Assembly (NCBI GenBank): GCA_026707405.1
Contig: JAPOWW010000007.1
Coordinates: forward strand, 83,749-147,748
Direction: 5' to 3'
Length of the DNA stretch: 64,000 bases
DNA from: Chloroflexota bacterium
GTDB taxonomy: Bacteria > Chloroflexota > UBA11872 > VXNJ01
Position numbers and translations under genes: made by a program. The notes under the pieces were generated by a model. The model saw nothing but the letters and a program-made list of their open reading frames with translations, was not told the origin of the DNA and did no database searches. Below are positions 9,649 to 19,000 of this stretch, one piece after another. Each line of letters opens with the position of its first letter. Position 1 is the stretch's first letter.

Positions 9649-10737
9649 TTATCGGACCGCCAAGCGTTGGACCCCCGCCTCGTTCAAGTCGACTCCGAAG
9701 CCCGGCTTGTCACTGAGCTCCATCACTCCATCCCTTGGCAGCACGACCTCGCCGTACAGGTCCGCGACATCGTCCAATGGACCCGAAAACTCGATTGAGA
9801 ATTCGTGCGGGCGGGTGGCGTTCTGCACTGTCGCGTAGACGTGTAACGACGCTAGCGAGTTTATGCCCGCCTGCGGACTGTGCGGCATTACCGGTTTGTT
9901 TAAAGTGGTCGCCAACTCGTAGATGCGCTTGACTTCGCTGGGACCGCCCGCGTTCAAGATGTCCGGTTGCAGGATGTCCGGGTTTCCGAGCAGGACCAGG
10001 TGTTGAAACCACCAGCGGAACGCGTCCTGCTCTCCCGCCGACACCGCCACGTCCAAAGCGTCGCTCACCTCCTTTAGGCCCGGCAGATCGTAGTGAGGAA
10101 TCGGTTCTTCGAAGTGGTCGATGCCCAGCTCCTCGAAGCGCCTGCCTTGCTGAATCGCCGTCGATACCGAATAGCCGTTATTGGCGTCGAAGCCAAGGTA
10201 CTCGCCCCCTGACAGGTACTCCCGCGCCAGCTTGAACAGCTGGAAGTCCTTCTCTGGATCAACGTCCTGGCGCCAGCCACGCCAATCCATGCGAATCTTG
10301 AACGCGCGAAAACCTCGCTCCCAGCCGTCCTTCACCAGAGCGAGCATCTCCTCCGGTTGCATGCGCCATCCCAAGCCGGTGCTCCAATACAGCGGTATCG
10401 TGGTCCGCCGTGCGCCGCCCATTAGCGTATGCACTGGCAACCCGGTCTCCTTGCCCAGCAGGTCCCAAAGCGCAACGTCGACAACGCCGACGACCCATCC
10501 CGGAAGCCGGTAGACCTGCTCCCCGCGGCCGAGGGCGAGGGTCTCCCAATGCCGGTCGATAAGGCGCGGGTCCTCGCCGATCAGGGCAGGTTTGATCGAG
10601 CCTTCGAGATAGGCGTCGAACACCGCGTTGTTTCGTCCCGGGACTTCCGCCCAGCCCTCGACGCCCGCATCGGTCTCAACGCGCAACAGGTCCTTTCCTA
10701 TCGTGAGCGGGGTGCTTGTTATGTCGATGATCTTCAT
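9649..10737 (-). CDS. enolase-superfamily enzyme (mandelate racemase / muconate lactonizing enzyme family)
   Basis: 362 aa with an MR/MLE N-terminal capping domain (MKIIDITSTPLTIGKDLLRVETDAGVEGWAEV) and C-terminal TIM-barrel metal-ligand regions. Confidence 0.8.
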   Translation of the reverse strand: MKIIDITSTPLTIGKDLLRVETDAGVEGWAEVPGRNNAVFDAYLEGSIKPALIGEDPRLIDRHWETLALGRGEQVYRLPGWVVGVVDVALWDLLGKETGLPVHTLMGGARRTTIPLYWSTGLGWRMQPEEMLALVKDGWERGFRAFKIRMDWRGWRQDVDPEKDFQLFKLAREYLSGGEYLGFDANNGYSVSTAIQQGRRFEELGIDHFEEPIPHYDLPGLKEVSDALDVAVSAGEQDAFRWWFQHLVLLGNPDILQPDILNAGGPSEVKRIYELATTLNKPVMPHSPQAGINSLASLHVYATVQNATRPHEFSIEFSGPLDDVADLYGEVVLPRDGVMELSDKPGFGVDLNEAGVQRLAVR

Positions 10738-10793
10738 GGCGGCGACTTTAGCTCGAATCCCGTCAAAGGGCTCTTGTCAGTTGTCGAGATGCG

Positions 10794-11111
10794 CTATATC
10801 CGCGCGAACCGCGCCACGGGAAGAACGAAGAGCATCGTCGACACGGCCGGACCCTCCGAATCGGGCTGCTCTGCCTTCGGGGCCTTTTCTCGAATGATCT
10901 CTATAACCTCGTCCACCTGATCCGCTGGGACACCCACCAGCAAAGTGACGTTCCCCTTGCGAAAGAAACCGCCAGCCGTGTTAATTCGGGTCACCCGGAA
11001 CTTGTCTTCGACTAGTGCACTCTGAACGTTTCCCGCGTGGGCGTTTTCCACTATCGCCAGCACTAGTCTCTCGGCGCTCCGGCTGTCGTCCAAGTAAGGC
11101 TCCTCTACCAA
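10794..11111 (-). CDS. PII-like c-di-AMP receptor DarA/PstA (DUF970) paralog
   Basis: Aligns along its length with B. subtilis DarA/YaaQ (LAIVENAHAGNV..FRVTRINTAGGFFRKGNVTLLVGV...VLPVARF) and with the second copy at 22560-22919. Confidence 0.62.
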   Translation of the reverse strand: MVEEPYLDDSRSAERLVLAIVENAHAGNVQSALVEDKFRVTRINTAGGFFRKGNVTLLVGVPADQVDEVIEIIREKAPKAEQPDSEGPAVSTMLFVLPVARFARI

Positions 11112-11375
11112 GGGGATCGCGCTCCAAACCGTATCATCGCAAAAAACGGCCGGTCAACACGGGCCCCCCGATTGGGCGTTCCTAGGCCAAACTAGCTCTC
11201 AAGTTAATTCCCAAATACCCGTAAAGATACAATTGCGCGGACGTGCACCAATACAGGATCGACTCGTTGCACCTCAACCAAGAAACAACGTTGGACCGGC
11301 GTCCGACCGGTTTGAGTCTCGATTGGTATCAGCGGGGCGCGGGACACCCTTGGGAGCGCTGCGAAAGATAATGCC

Positions 11376-13244
11376 TTGACGTTTTGGATGAACCGGGCCA
11401 AGAGCCTCGGCTCTCCTCAAAGCCTGCTAACCCTCGCAACCGGTCTCGGCATTCTTGCTGCCTGGCGGATCGGCGACTCGATTGCGGATTCCAGGGATTG
11501 GGTCCAATGGCTGACGTTGGGCCTGGCCTTGCTCGGCGGCGCTCCTATCTTCCTGGGTGCCGCCAAGGGCCTGCTCAAAGGCCGGTCAAACGTTGACGAG
11601 CTCGTGAGCATTGCGATCATCGCAGCGCTGGTCGGCGGCGAGTATCTGGCCGCCGCCGTAGTCGCCTTCATGATGAATTTCGGCAAGATGCTCGAGGACT
11701 TCGTCGAAGAAGTCTCCGGCGACGCGATAACCCGTCTTCTCGAGCTCGCCCCTCAGGTAGCTCGCGTTAAGGTCGACGATGGCTATCGCGAAGTACCCGC
11801 CCGCAGTGTCGCCAGGGGTGACATTGTGCTCGTCCGCGAAGGTGATCGCATCCCCGTCGACGGTGCGGTCCACACCGGCTCGATGACTGTCGACGTTTCG
11901 AGCATCACCGGCGAATCCGTTCCCATGTTCAAATCCCTCGGCGAGGACGTCTTCGCTGGGACGGTCAACGTGGAAGGCGTTGCCGAAATCCGGTCCACCG
12001 GGTCGGGACAGGAGACTGTCTTGAACCGAATCGTCCAAATGGTAGAAACCGCCAAGGCCCGCAAGGCGCCCGTCGAGCGGCTGGCCGAACGCTACGCCCG
12101 GTACTTTACGCCCATGATCCTCGCAATCTCCCTGCTGGTATTCCTGCTAACTCGCGATTGGCACCGGGCCATTGCCGTTTTGATCGTCGCTTGTCCGTGC
12201 AGTCTTGTCCTTGCAACACCAACCGCTGTCGTCGCGGGAATCGCCCGGTCTGCCTTCAGCGGAATCCTGGCCCGGGGCGGAGACGTTATGGAAGCCGTCG
12301 GCCGGGTCACGACCGTCGCCCTCGACAAGACCGGCACCGTGACCACCGGACGATCGACCGTCGAAACGGTCGTCGCCCTCGGCAACGTTTCCGAAACCGA
12401 AATTATCCGCCTCGCGGCAAGCGCCGAAACCGTCTCCTCTCACCCTCTCGGAGCGGCGCTGATCGAACACGCCCGCGGCCTCAAGCTCCATCTCGCCACT
12501 CCGGAGTCGTTCCGCACGCTGCCGGGTAGGGGAGTCGTCGCGAAAGTAGACGGCCGGACCGTCTCCGTCGGCAGCCACTATCTGTTGGAGGATCCAACCA
12601 TTCCGGCTTCCGCCCGGCCGCTGGTTAAGGACTTGCGGGCCGAAGGGTTCACCTGCCTTACCGTTGGCATCGACGGAAGTCCCGCCGGACTGCTCGCAAT
12701 GAGGGACTCCGCCCGGCCTGAGATCAGAGATGTCGTCGCTCGATTGAAGAAGCTGGGCGTTGCGCGAATTACGCTGCTCACCGGCGACAATCGGCAGGTG
12801 GCCCAGGCTATCGCCGCCCAAGCCGGTATCGACGATGTCCGCGCCGGGCTGTTTCCGGCGGACAAGCTTCGGTACGTCGAGAAATGGCAAAAGGACGGCG
12901 AGCGGGTTCTTATGGTCGGCGACGGGGTAAACGACGCTCCCGCGCTGGCTCAAGCAGACGTCGGCGTGGCGATGGGCATCAACGGGACCGACGTAGCGGT
13001 CGAAAGCGCCGACGTGACGCTCTTGGGCGACGATCTCCGCAAGCTCGTTGACATTGTTCGAATGGGCAAGAGGACCTTGTCCGTTATCAGGTTCAACCTC
13101 GTCTTCTCAGTCTTGTTGAACGTCGCGGCGTTTGTCGCGGCGGGTCTCGGCGATCTGTCGCCCGTCGGCGCGGCCATTTTGCATAACGCCGGCTCAGTAT
13201 TCGTAATGGTGAACGCCGGGATTATGGCGGTTAGAAAGCTCTAG
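11376..13244 (+). CDS. heavy-metal translocating P1B-type ATPase
   Basis: Shows a CPC motif in the TM helix (VACPCSLVLATP), the DKTGTVT phosphorylation site, an HP motif (SHPLGAA) and the GDGVNDAPAL hinge. No N-terminal HMA domain is present. Confidence 0.9.
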   Translation: MTFWMNRAKSLGSPQSLLTLATGLGILAAWRIGDSIADSRDWVQWLTLGLALLGGAPIFLGAAKGLLKGRSNVDELVSIAIIAALVGGEYLAAAVVAFMMNFGKMLEDFVEEVSGDAITRLLELAPQVARVKVDDGYREVPARSVARGDIVLVREGDRIPVDGAVHTGSMTVDVSSITGESVPMFKSLGEDVFAGTVNVEGVAEIRSTGSGQETVLNRIVQMVETAKARKAPVERLAERYARYFTPMILAISLLVFLLTRDWHRAIAVLIVACPCSLVLATPTAVVAGIARSAFSGILARGGDVMEAVGRVTTVALDKTGTVTTGRSTVETVVALGNVSETEIIRLAASAETVSSHPLGAALIEHARGLKLHLATPESFRTLPGRGVVAKVDGRTVSVGSHYLLEDPTIPASARPLVKDLRAEGFTCLTVGIDGSPAGLLAMRDSARPEIRDVVARLKKLGVARITLLTGDNRQVAQAIAAQAGIDDVRAGLFPADKLRYVEKWQKDGERVLMVGDGVNDAPALAQADVGVAMGINGTDVAVESADVTLLGDDLRKLVDIVRMGKRTLSVIRFNLVFSVLLNVAAFVAAGLGDLSPVGAAILHNAGSVFVMVNAGIMAVRKL

Positions 13245-13250
13245 AGCATC

Positions 13251-13661
13251 TCAGGCGCTGCTTGCCATATCGCCGTATTGCTCGGCTAGCCGTTCGACTT
13301 GCTCAACGCCGCCTGTGCCTGCATGAGAGGCCACAAGCTCCGTCAGGTGCGCGGCCGTGCGCGGCGCGGGGACGTCCTTCGACAGCGCTCCCAGTTCGCG
13401 CAGCCGCATATAGGCGCTTGGCACTATAGATTGCGCCAGGTGACCGTCACGCAGGTTCTGTTCCTCACTGAACACGATTTCAGGCGAGCCTTCGACGATC
13501 AGAACCCCTTGGCACATCAGGGAAACATGGTCGGCCCACGACAGCGCCAGCTCCCCGTCATGAGTAGAGATGATCACGCTATGCCTGGCGTCGTGTAGGC
13601 GGTCCGACAGTTCGAGCAGCCTCACGCTCGTATAGGAATCCTCGCCCACCGGGGACGCCAT
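13251..13661 (-). pseudogene. C-terminal remnant of an ABC transporter ATP-binding protein
   Basis: 136 aa matching only the H-loop and C-terminal part of an ABC ATPase (IISTHDGELALSWADHVSLMCQGVLIVEGSPEIVF). Walker A/B, Q-loop and signature motif are absent, and the upstream space is occupied by thrC. Confidence 0.45.
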
Positions 13662-13717
13662 CTGCCCCCACCCGTCATTGCGAGCGAAGCGGGGAATCCC
13701 TTGCTGTCGCCACGCGT

Positions 13718-14932
13718 CTAGCTCGGAATTAGCGCCCCGTCAGGCTGAAAGGTGGGAAGCTCGGGCAGCGCGAGCAAATCCACGTATTTCAGAGCGTTGC
13801 CGGTATTCAGCATCACGACTCGGTCAGCGCCGCCGATCCACCCGTCGGCGCGCAGACGCTCGATTGCAGCAATCGACGCCGCGCCCTCCGGACAGACATA
13901 CAGCCCCTCCAGACGCGCAAGCCGGGTCATGGAAGACTTGATTTCCTCTTCCGAAACACCCACCGCCGTCCCGTCGGTTTCACGTAGGATGCGCAGGACC
14001 AGCCGATCAGCAAATGGCTTGGGAACGCGAAGACCCGAGGCGCTTGTGCTGGCGTTCTCCCAAAGCTCGCAGCGCTCGGCGTTTTCCTCGTACGCACGGA
14101 CCACCGGTGCGCAGCCCTCGGCCTGCACCGACACCAGCCGTGGACGCCGCGGTCCGATCCATCCAAGCGCTTCCAGCTCGTTGAAGGCCTTCCACAATCC
14201 GATAAGACCCACCCCGCCCCCCGTCGGGTACAGAATTACGTCCGGCAGGTCCCAGTCGAACTGCTCCGCTATCTCGAATCCCATCGTCTTCTTGCCTTCG
14301 ACCCGGTAAGGCTCCTTTAGAGTCGAAACGTCATACCAGCCATAACGCGCGCAGGCGTCGGCAATCAGACGCCCCGCGTCTGAGATGAGACCGTCCACCA
14401 GGTAGATCTTCGCCCCGTAGGCGACGCATTCGGCGATGTTCGCCCCCGGAGTATCCGCCGGCATTGCCACGTGCAGGTCAGCCCCCGCTCTGGCCGCATA
14501 CGCCGCCCACGCGCTCCCGGCGTTCCCGGCGGTCGGCATCGCCCATTCCTTCAAGCCAAGCTCGCGCGCCTTGGAAGCCCCGGTAGCTGCGCCGCGCGCC
14601 TTGAATGTCCCCGTCGGATTGGCGCCCTCGTCCTTCAGCCAAAGGCCGTCGAGGCCAAACTCAGCCCCAAGCCCGCGCAGACGAAGCTCCAGAGTTCCGC
14701 CCTCACCTAGGTCGATCTCGTTCTCTCGACGCGATATCGGCAAAAGCTCCCGGTACCGCCACAGCCCCGCCGGACGGCGGCTCCATGTCTCTTTCGTTAA
14801 CGATTCGCGGGCGGCTTCCAGGTCATACACCGCCAGCAGCGTCGAACCGCATTCGATGCAGGTATTGGCAACCTCAGCCGGATCCGCCCGCGCGCCGCAC
14901 TCGGCACACTCCAGCGCAATTAGGAAATTCAT
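13718..14932 (-). CDS. thrC: threonine synthase (PLP-dependent, with N-terminal zinc ribbon)
   Basis: An N-terminal CxxC...CxxC ribbon precedes a PLP lysine motif (TGTFKARGA) and a fold-type II PLP enzyme C-terminus. Confidence 0.78.
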   Translation of the reverse strand: MNFLIALECAECGARADPAEVANTCIECGSTLLAVYDLEAARESLTKETWSRRPAGLWRYRELLPISRRENEIDLGEGGTLELRLRGLGAEFGLDGLWLKDEGANPTGTFKARGAATGASKARELGLKEWAMPTAGNAGSAWAAYAARAGADLHVAMPADTPGANIAECVAYGAKIYLVDGLISDAGRLIADACARYGWYDVSTLKEPYRVEGKKTMGFEIAEQFDWDLPDVILYPTGGGVGLIGLWKAFNELEALGWIGPRRPRLVSVQAEGCAPVVRAYEENAERCELWENASTSASGLRVPKPFADRLVLRILRETDGTAVGVSEEEIKSSMTRLARLEGLYVCPEGAASIAAIERLRADGWIGGADRVVMLNTGNALKYVDLLALPELPTFQPDGALIPS

Positions 14933-15224
14933 GTCCTGGCAGATTCCTCCCCTATGGGTTAGTCACTATTCCAGTGCTGAAATACGAGATGCGCAATCAC
15001 GCCTCTGGCGTCTACCGGCGAAACTTCGGCAAGCAGCGATGCGCTACGAATGCTACTTGATTCTCGGACGGTGTGGTTCCGTCAAACTCGTCGCCGGGAA
15101 CGCCAAACCGTCGGCGGCGCGGAATCGTATCTACAATAGAAAGGGAAAGCTCGACTGCGGGGTCGCCACCAATCGGAAATTCTCGGCGAGAGAACCGCAA
15201 ACCAGAGTTCGGCGAGGGAGAGCG

Positions 15225-16106
15225 ATGATTGATCAGGCGCGGCTAAGAAAACAACCGGCAACCGCCTCCGAAGCTCGTGGAGCCGGAGTCGTAGTGCACG
15301 CGCTCGTGTTCGTTCTCGGATTCACGTTGGTGTTTTCGTTCATCGGCGCTTCCGTGGGACTCGTCGGTTATGTGGTGCAGGACGCGCGCAGATGGATAAA
15401 CCTTGTCGCCGGGGTGCTACTGGTGCTGTTCGGAATCCACGTCACCGGCGTGCTGCGCATCACTACCTTCTGGCTGCTCCAGCTCGATCAGGGCGGCCGG
15501 TTGCCCCCGCCTATCCAGCCGGTGTCCAAGGCGATGTTCCGGCTCATGGAGATCCTCTATTCCGAGAAGCGCGTCGACTACAGGCCGACCCGCCGCGGCA
15601 TAGGATCATCGTTCGGCGTGGGCATGGCCTTTGCTCTTGGCTGGACCCCTTGCGTTGGATTTATTCTCGGCGGAATCCTCTCGGCAGCATTCAACGCCTC
15701 AGAGGCCACCACCGCGATGTTCCTCCTCATGGCTTATTCGCTCGGTCTCGGCATTCCGTTCATCCTCGCGGCAGCGTTTCTCGACCGCGCCCGCGGCATG
15801 ATTCGCGCCGTGCAGCGCCATTCCACGACGGTCAACCTCATAAGCGGAGTGGGGCTCATTGCGTTCGGCCTGCTCATCGCCTTCGATCTGGCGTCTAGGA
15901 TGGGCTCGGTGCTCGGTGCCGTGCCGGTCTTCGACGACGCCTTCCTGACCTCCGATCTGGGACGCACTATCGGCGCCGGTTGGGTCATCCCCGCGTTTGT
16001 GGCCGGCGTGCTCTCGTTCCTGTCGCCCTGCGTACTCCCCCTGGTTCCCGTTTACCTAGCGCACCTCGCCGGGGCCGCTTCAACCGCAGGCGTCAAGACC
16101 CGCTGA
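15225..16106 (+). CDS. ccdA: cytochrome c-type biogenesis protein CcdA / DsbD-like thiol-disulfide transporter
   Basis: A polytopic membrane protein with the conserved Cys-containing TM motifs (LGWTPCVGFILGG, SFLSPCVLPLVPVYL). The 14436 ORF start is an antisense-overlap artefact, and a real ATG lies at 15225. Confidence 0.72.
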   Translation: MIDQARLRKQPATASEARGAGVVVHALVFVLGFTLVFSFIGASVGLVGYVVQDARRWINLVAGVLLVLFGIHVTGVLRITTFWLLQLDQGGRLPPPIQPVSKAMFRLMEILYSEKRVDYRPTRRGIGSSFGVGMAFALGWTPCVGFILGGILSAAFNASEATTAMFLLMAYSLGLGIPFILAAAFLDRARGMIRAVQRHSTTVNLISGVGLIAFGLLIAFDLASRMGSVLGAVPVFDDAFLTSDLGRTIGAGWVIPAFVAGVLSFLSPCVLPLVPVYLAHLAGAASTAGVKTR

Positions 16107-16212
16107 CCTAGCGTCAACTAAACATCAGGCGGCTTTGGACGCCCGCGCGCGCCCTGTGAAAAAATAGCCCGCAACCGAAACGCCGGAACCCGCGAGGGGG
16201 CCAAGCTCGCCC

Positions 16213-17310
16213 ATGAACGATCCGATTCAAGAAATCGAACGACTGCGCCGGGAAGTCGACCGACTCGACGTCCGCATTCTCCGAGCCATCAACGAACGCG
16301 CCACGGTAGTAACCGAGATCGGGAAGGTTAAAGGTCTCACCAACATACCCGTGTACCAGCCCACCCGCGAAGCCGAGGTCATCGACAACATGATTACGGC
16401 GAATACCGGTCCCATGCCCGATTCGGCCATCGCGGCAATCTTCGCTCAAATCATGGCCTCCGGACGCCCGCTTGAGCATCCCATACGGGTCGCCTTTCTT
16501 GGACCGGAGCACACTCACACTCATCGCGCTGCCGAAAAGGAGTTCGGCACTGGTGCCGAGTACGAGGCTGTCGCGTCAATACCTCAAGTCTTCTCGCAGG
16601 TCGAGGGCGGCGGCTCGGACTACGGCGTGGTACCGATTGAAAACAGCACCGCCGGGACGGTCGGCGAGACCATCGATATGTTCGTCGAGACTGCCGCCCG
16701 CATAGTCGGCGAAACGACTTTGTCCATAACGCATCATCTGCTTTCCAAGAGTCCGATGGCCGCAATCAAGGTCATCTACTCTCATCCCCAAGCTCTCGAC
16801 CAATGCCGCGGGTGGCTGGCCGAGAATTTGCCGCTCGCGGAGCGGGTAGAAGTAGCCAGCACCGCTGCTGCGGCCAGCCGCGCCGCGTCCGAAACCGGGG
16901 CCGCGGCCTTGGGTCCAAAGGAGGGCGCGGAAGCCTACGGTTTGGCTGCGGTGCGAAGCGACATCCAGGACTTCGCCGACAACACAACCAGGTTCTTCGT
17001 GCTCGGCCGCGCATCCAATCCGTCCACTGGCGATGACAGAACTGCGTTGATAATCGCCGTCGTCGACCGCGTCGGCGCTCTGCACGACGTCCTCGGAGTC
17101 CTGCGTAGTCACGACCTTAATCTCTCGAACATCCAGACCCGTCCAGCCCGGCGGCAAGCGCAGCAGGAATCGGGCGACTACGTGTTCTTCATTGAGTTCG
17201 GCGGGCACCCGGACGACTCCAACGTCCAAGGGGCCGTCGACGGAATCCGCAGCTTGTGCAGGCTGATCAAGGTGCTCGGTGCCTGGCCGGCCAGGAATTA
17301 TGAACACTAG
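16213..17310 (+). CDS. pheA: bifunctional chorismate mutase / prephenate dehydratase (P-protein)
   Basis: An N-terminal CM_2 helix (EIERLRREVDRLDVRILRAINERA) is followed by the PDT domain (RVAFLGPEHTHTH) and a C-terminal ACT domain. Confidence 0.85.
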   Translation: MNDPIQEIERLRREVDRLDVRILRAINERATVVTEIGKVKGLTNIPVYQPTREAEVIDNMITANTGPMPDSAIAAIFAQIMASGRPLEHPIRVAFLGPEHTHTHRAAEKEFGTGAEYEAVASIPQVFSQVEGGGSDYGVVPIENSTAGTVGETIDMFVETAARIVGETTLSITHHLLSKSPMAAIKVIYSHPQALDQCRGWLAENLPLAERVEVASTAAAASRAASETGAAALGPKEGAEAYGLAAVRSDIQDFADNTTRFFVLGRASNPSTGDDRTALIIAVVDRVGALHDVLGVLRSHDLNLSNIQTRPARRQAQQESGDYVFFIEFGGHPDDSNVQGAVDGIRSLCRLIKVLGAWPARNYEH

Positions 17311-17821
17311 TCAGGACGCGGCCGGCACACGAGTCTCCCAGATCTCCCCATCGGCCCGACTTCAGCAGTCCCAAGACACCGCCAACGAGGAATCACGTTT
17401 TCGAAGGCGCATCCTCGCTTCGGTCGGATTCATCACCTTCAACGCCCTCGGCGCTACCATCGCGTATCAGATAGTCGAAGGCTCGTCCCTGCTCGACTCC
17501 CTGTCCATGGTCGCAATCACCCTGACCACGGTTGGCTTCGGCGAGGTCTATCCACTCAGCCTTGCGGGCCGCATACTAACCTTAGGGCTAGTAGTATTCG
17601 GTGTGGGCGGAGCTATCTACGCTCTCGCCGCGATCGCGGAATATGTGGCGGAAGGGCAATTCGCCGCGGGCATTCGGAGACGCCGGTTACGCAGAGTGAT
17701 TTCAAAACTGAGCGGGCACAACATAGTCTGCGGATTCGGCCGCATGGGCCGGCTTGTCGCCGTCGGCTCCCCCCGCGATCTGGACAACTTCGCCGGTGCC
17801 CAACCTGAGACGGCAAATTGA
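17300..17821 (+). CDS. 2-TM potassium channel pore (TVGFGE filter) with a truncated RCK/TrkA-N domain
   Basis: The selectivity filter TLTTVGFGE is flanked by two TM helices. The Rossmann start HNIVCGFGRMGRLVA then terminates after ~25 aa. This is a possible 3' truncation. Confidence 0.55.
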   Translation: MNTSQDAAGTRVSQISPSARLQQSQDTANEESRFRRRILASVGFITFNALGATIAYQIVEGSSLLDSLSMVAITLTTVGFGEVYPLSLAGRILTLGLVVFGVGGAIYALAAIAEYVAEGQFAAGIRRRRLRRVISKLSGHNIVCGFGRMGRLVAVGSPRDLDNFAGAQPETAN

Positions 17822-17853
17822 ACCCTCCCGCGACGGCTAGCCTGGACTAAGCC

Positions 17854-18177
17854 GTGAAAGTCCTATTGATCGCCAGCATTGTCGTCGCCGCCCTCTTCAT
17901 CTTGCAGTCCGCCTTCCGCCGGCGGCTGTTGTGGTCCATCAAGGTAACTCTGGGAATCTACGCCGTGTTCTTCACTCTCCGGATGGTCATCTGGCCGTTC
18001 ATCGATTTCGAGCCACGGATATTTCTGGTTCTCGCCAGCCTGGGGATGGCCTGCGTAGTCATCTGGATGATCGCAAACTGGCTCACCGACCGCTACGTGC
18101 GGTCACGGCCAAAGCAGACCGCCCCCCGGAGCGAAATCGCGCGAGCCTGGCGGGCGCTACTCACCAAACGCCGCTGA
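17854..18177 (+). CDS. small integral membrane protein (3 predicted TM)
   Basis: 107 aa with hydrophobic segments IASIVVAALFIL, IYAVFFTLRMVIW and IFLVLASLGMACVVIWMIANW and a basic C-terminal tail. Confidence 0.45.
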   Translation: MKVLLIASIVVAALFILQSAFRRRLLWSIKVTLGIYAVFFTLRMVIWPFIDFEPRIFLVLASLGMACVVIWMIANWLTDRYVRSRPKQTAPRSEIARAWRALLTKRR

Positions 18178-18179
18178 CC

Positions 18180-18959
18180 CCCTCGGCCTCCGCTAATGAC
18201 GAGCATCCACCCCTGAACCAGTCCCGATCTGAGGGTCACTCCATCGGACGCCCTGCCACCGTCATATTCGACTTCGGCTGGACGCTCGCCGAGCCTGCCG
18301 GTAGCAGCTATTCGGCCTGGGCCGAAACCGTCCGCGCCGCCCTAGCGCGTTTGCGCGGCAACCTCGACAACGTTGCCGCGAGAGGCCGCGCCACCGACTA
18401 CGAGCTGGCCGTGCTCATCGAGGTCGAAGCCGCGCTGACCAGCGAAAAACCGCTCGAAATCGACGGCCTCTGGTCGAAGATCTCGCGGGAAAACGGACCA
18501 TATTCCGCCAACGCCAGATCCCGCCCCATCGAAGACTTCGGCCTGGAGCTGACCACCGGCGATTGGCGGCTATACCGCGAAGCGTTCCCCGTTCTCGACC
18601 TCCTCAGCCGCCGCCGGACCGCCATGGGGCTCGTCTCCGACATTTCGAGTCCCACCATGCATTGGGCCGCGCTCGCCGGGCGCCTCGGACTCGATCACTA
18701 CATTCCGGCGATGGCTTTCTCAGAGGAGCTCGGCGCTATAAAGCCCGACCCGCGAGGCATCCTCTCCGTTGTCGAGCAACTGCAAGCCGACCCCGCCAAC
18801 ACTCTCTACGTGGGCGACACCCCCGCCAAAGACGTCGACTCCGCCGTAGCCGCGAGCGTCATCCCGATATGGCTTCGCCGGCGACCCGAAGCCCAGCCCG
18901 GCCGCCACCAACCCGCTTACACAATCAATTCCCTCCGCGACCTCCTCACTATCCTCTAA
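18180..18959 (+). CDS. HAD-superfamily hydrolase (start uncertain)
   Basis: HAD motif I (VIFDFGWTL) and motif IV (GDTPAKDVDSA) are present. The annotated 17931 start overlaps the preceding gene, and the true start is probably a non-ATG codon near 18180-18255. Confidence 0.55.
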   Translation, partial: PSASANDEHPPLNQSRSEGHSIGRPATVIFDFGWTLAEPAGSSYSAWAETVRAALARLRGNLDNVAARGRATDYELAVLIEVEAALTSEKPLEIDGLWSKISRENGPYSANARSRPIEDFGLELTTGDWRLYREAFPVLDLLSRRRTAMGLVSDISSPTMHWAALAGRLGLDHYIPAMAFSEELGAIKPDPRGILSVVEQLQADPANTLYVGDTPAKDVDSAVAASVIPIWLRRRPEAQPGRHQPAYTINSLRDLLTIL

Positions 18960-19000
18960 CCACCCCACCCCATGACCCGCGCGCAGCAGTCAGACGCTAC

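Noticed and set aside
12147-12953. 268-aa ORF antisense to the P-type ATPase
   Set aside because: It overlaps conserved ATPase motifs on the other strand and has no features of its own.
14436-15224. Long N-terminal extension of the CcdA ORF (556-aa version)
   Set aside because: The extension is antisense to thrC and Ala/Ser/Arg low-complexity. A proper ATG with CcdA homology begins at 15225.
16576-17307. 243-aa ORF antisense to pheA
   Set aside because: Antisense artefact with no motifs.
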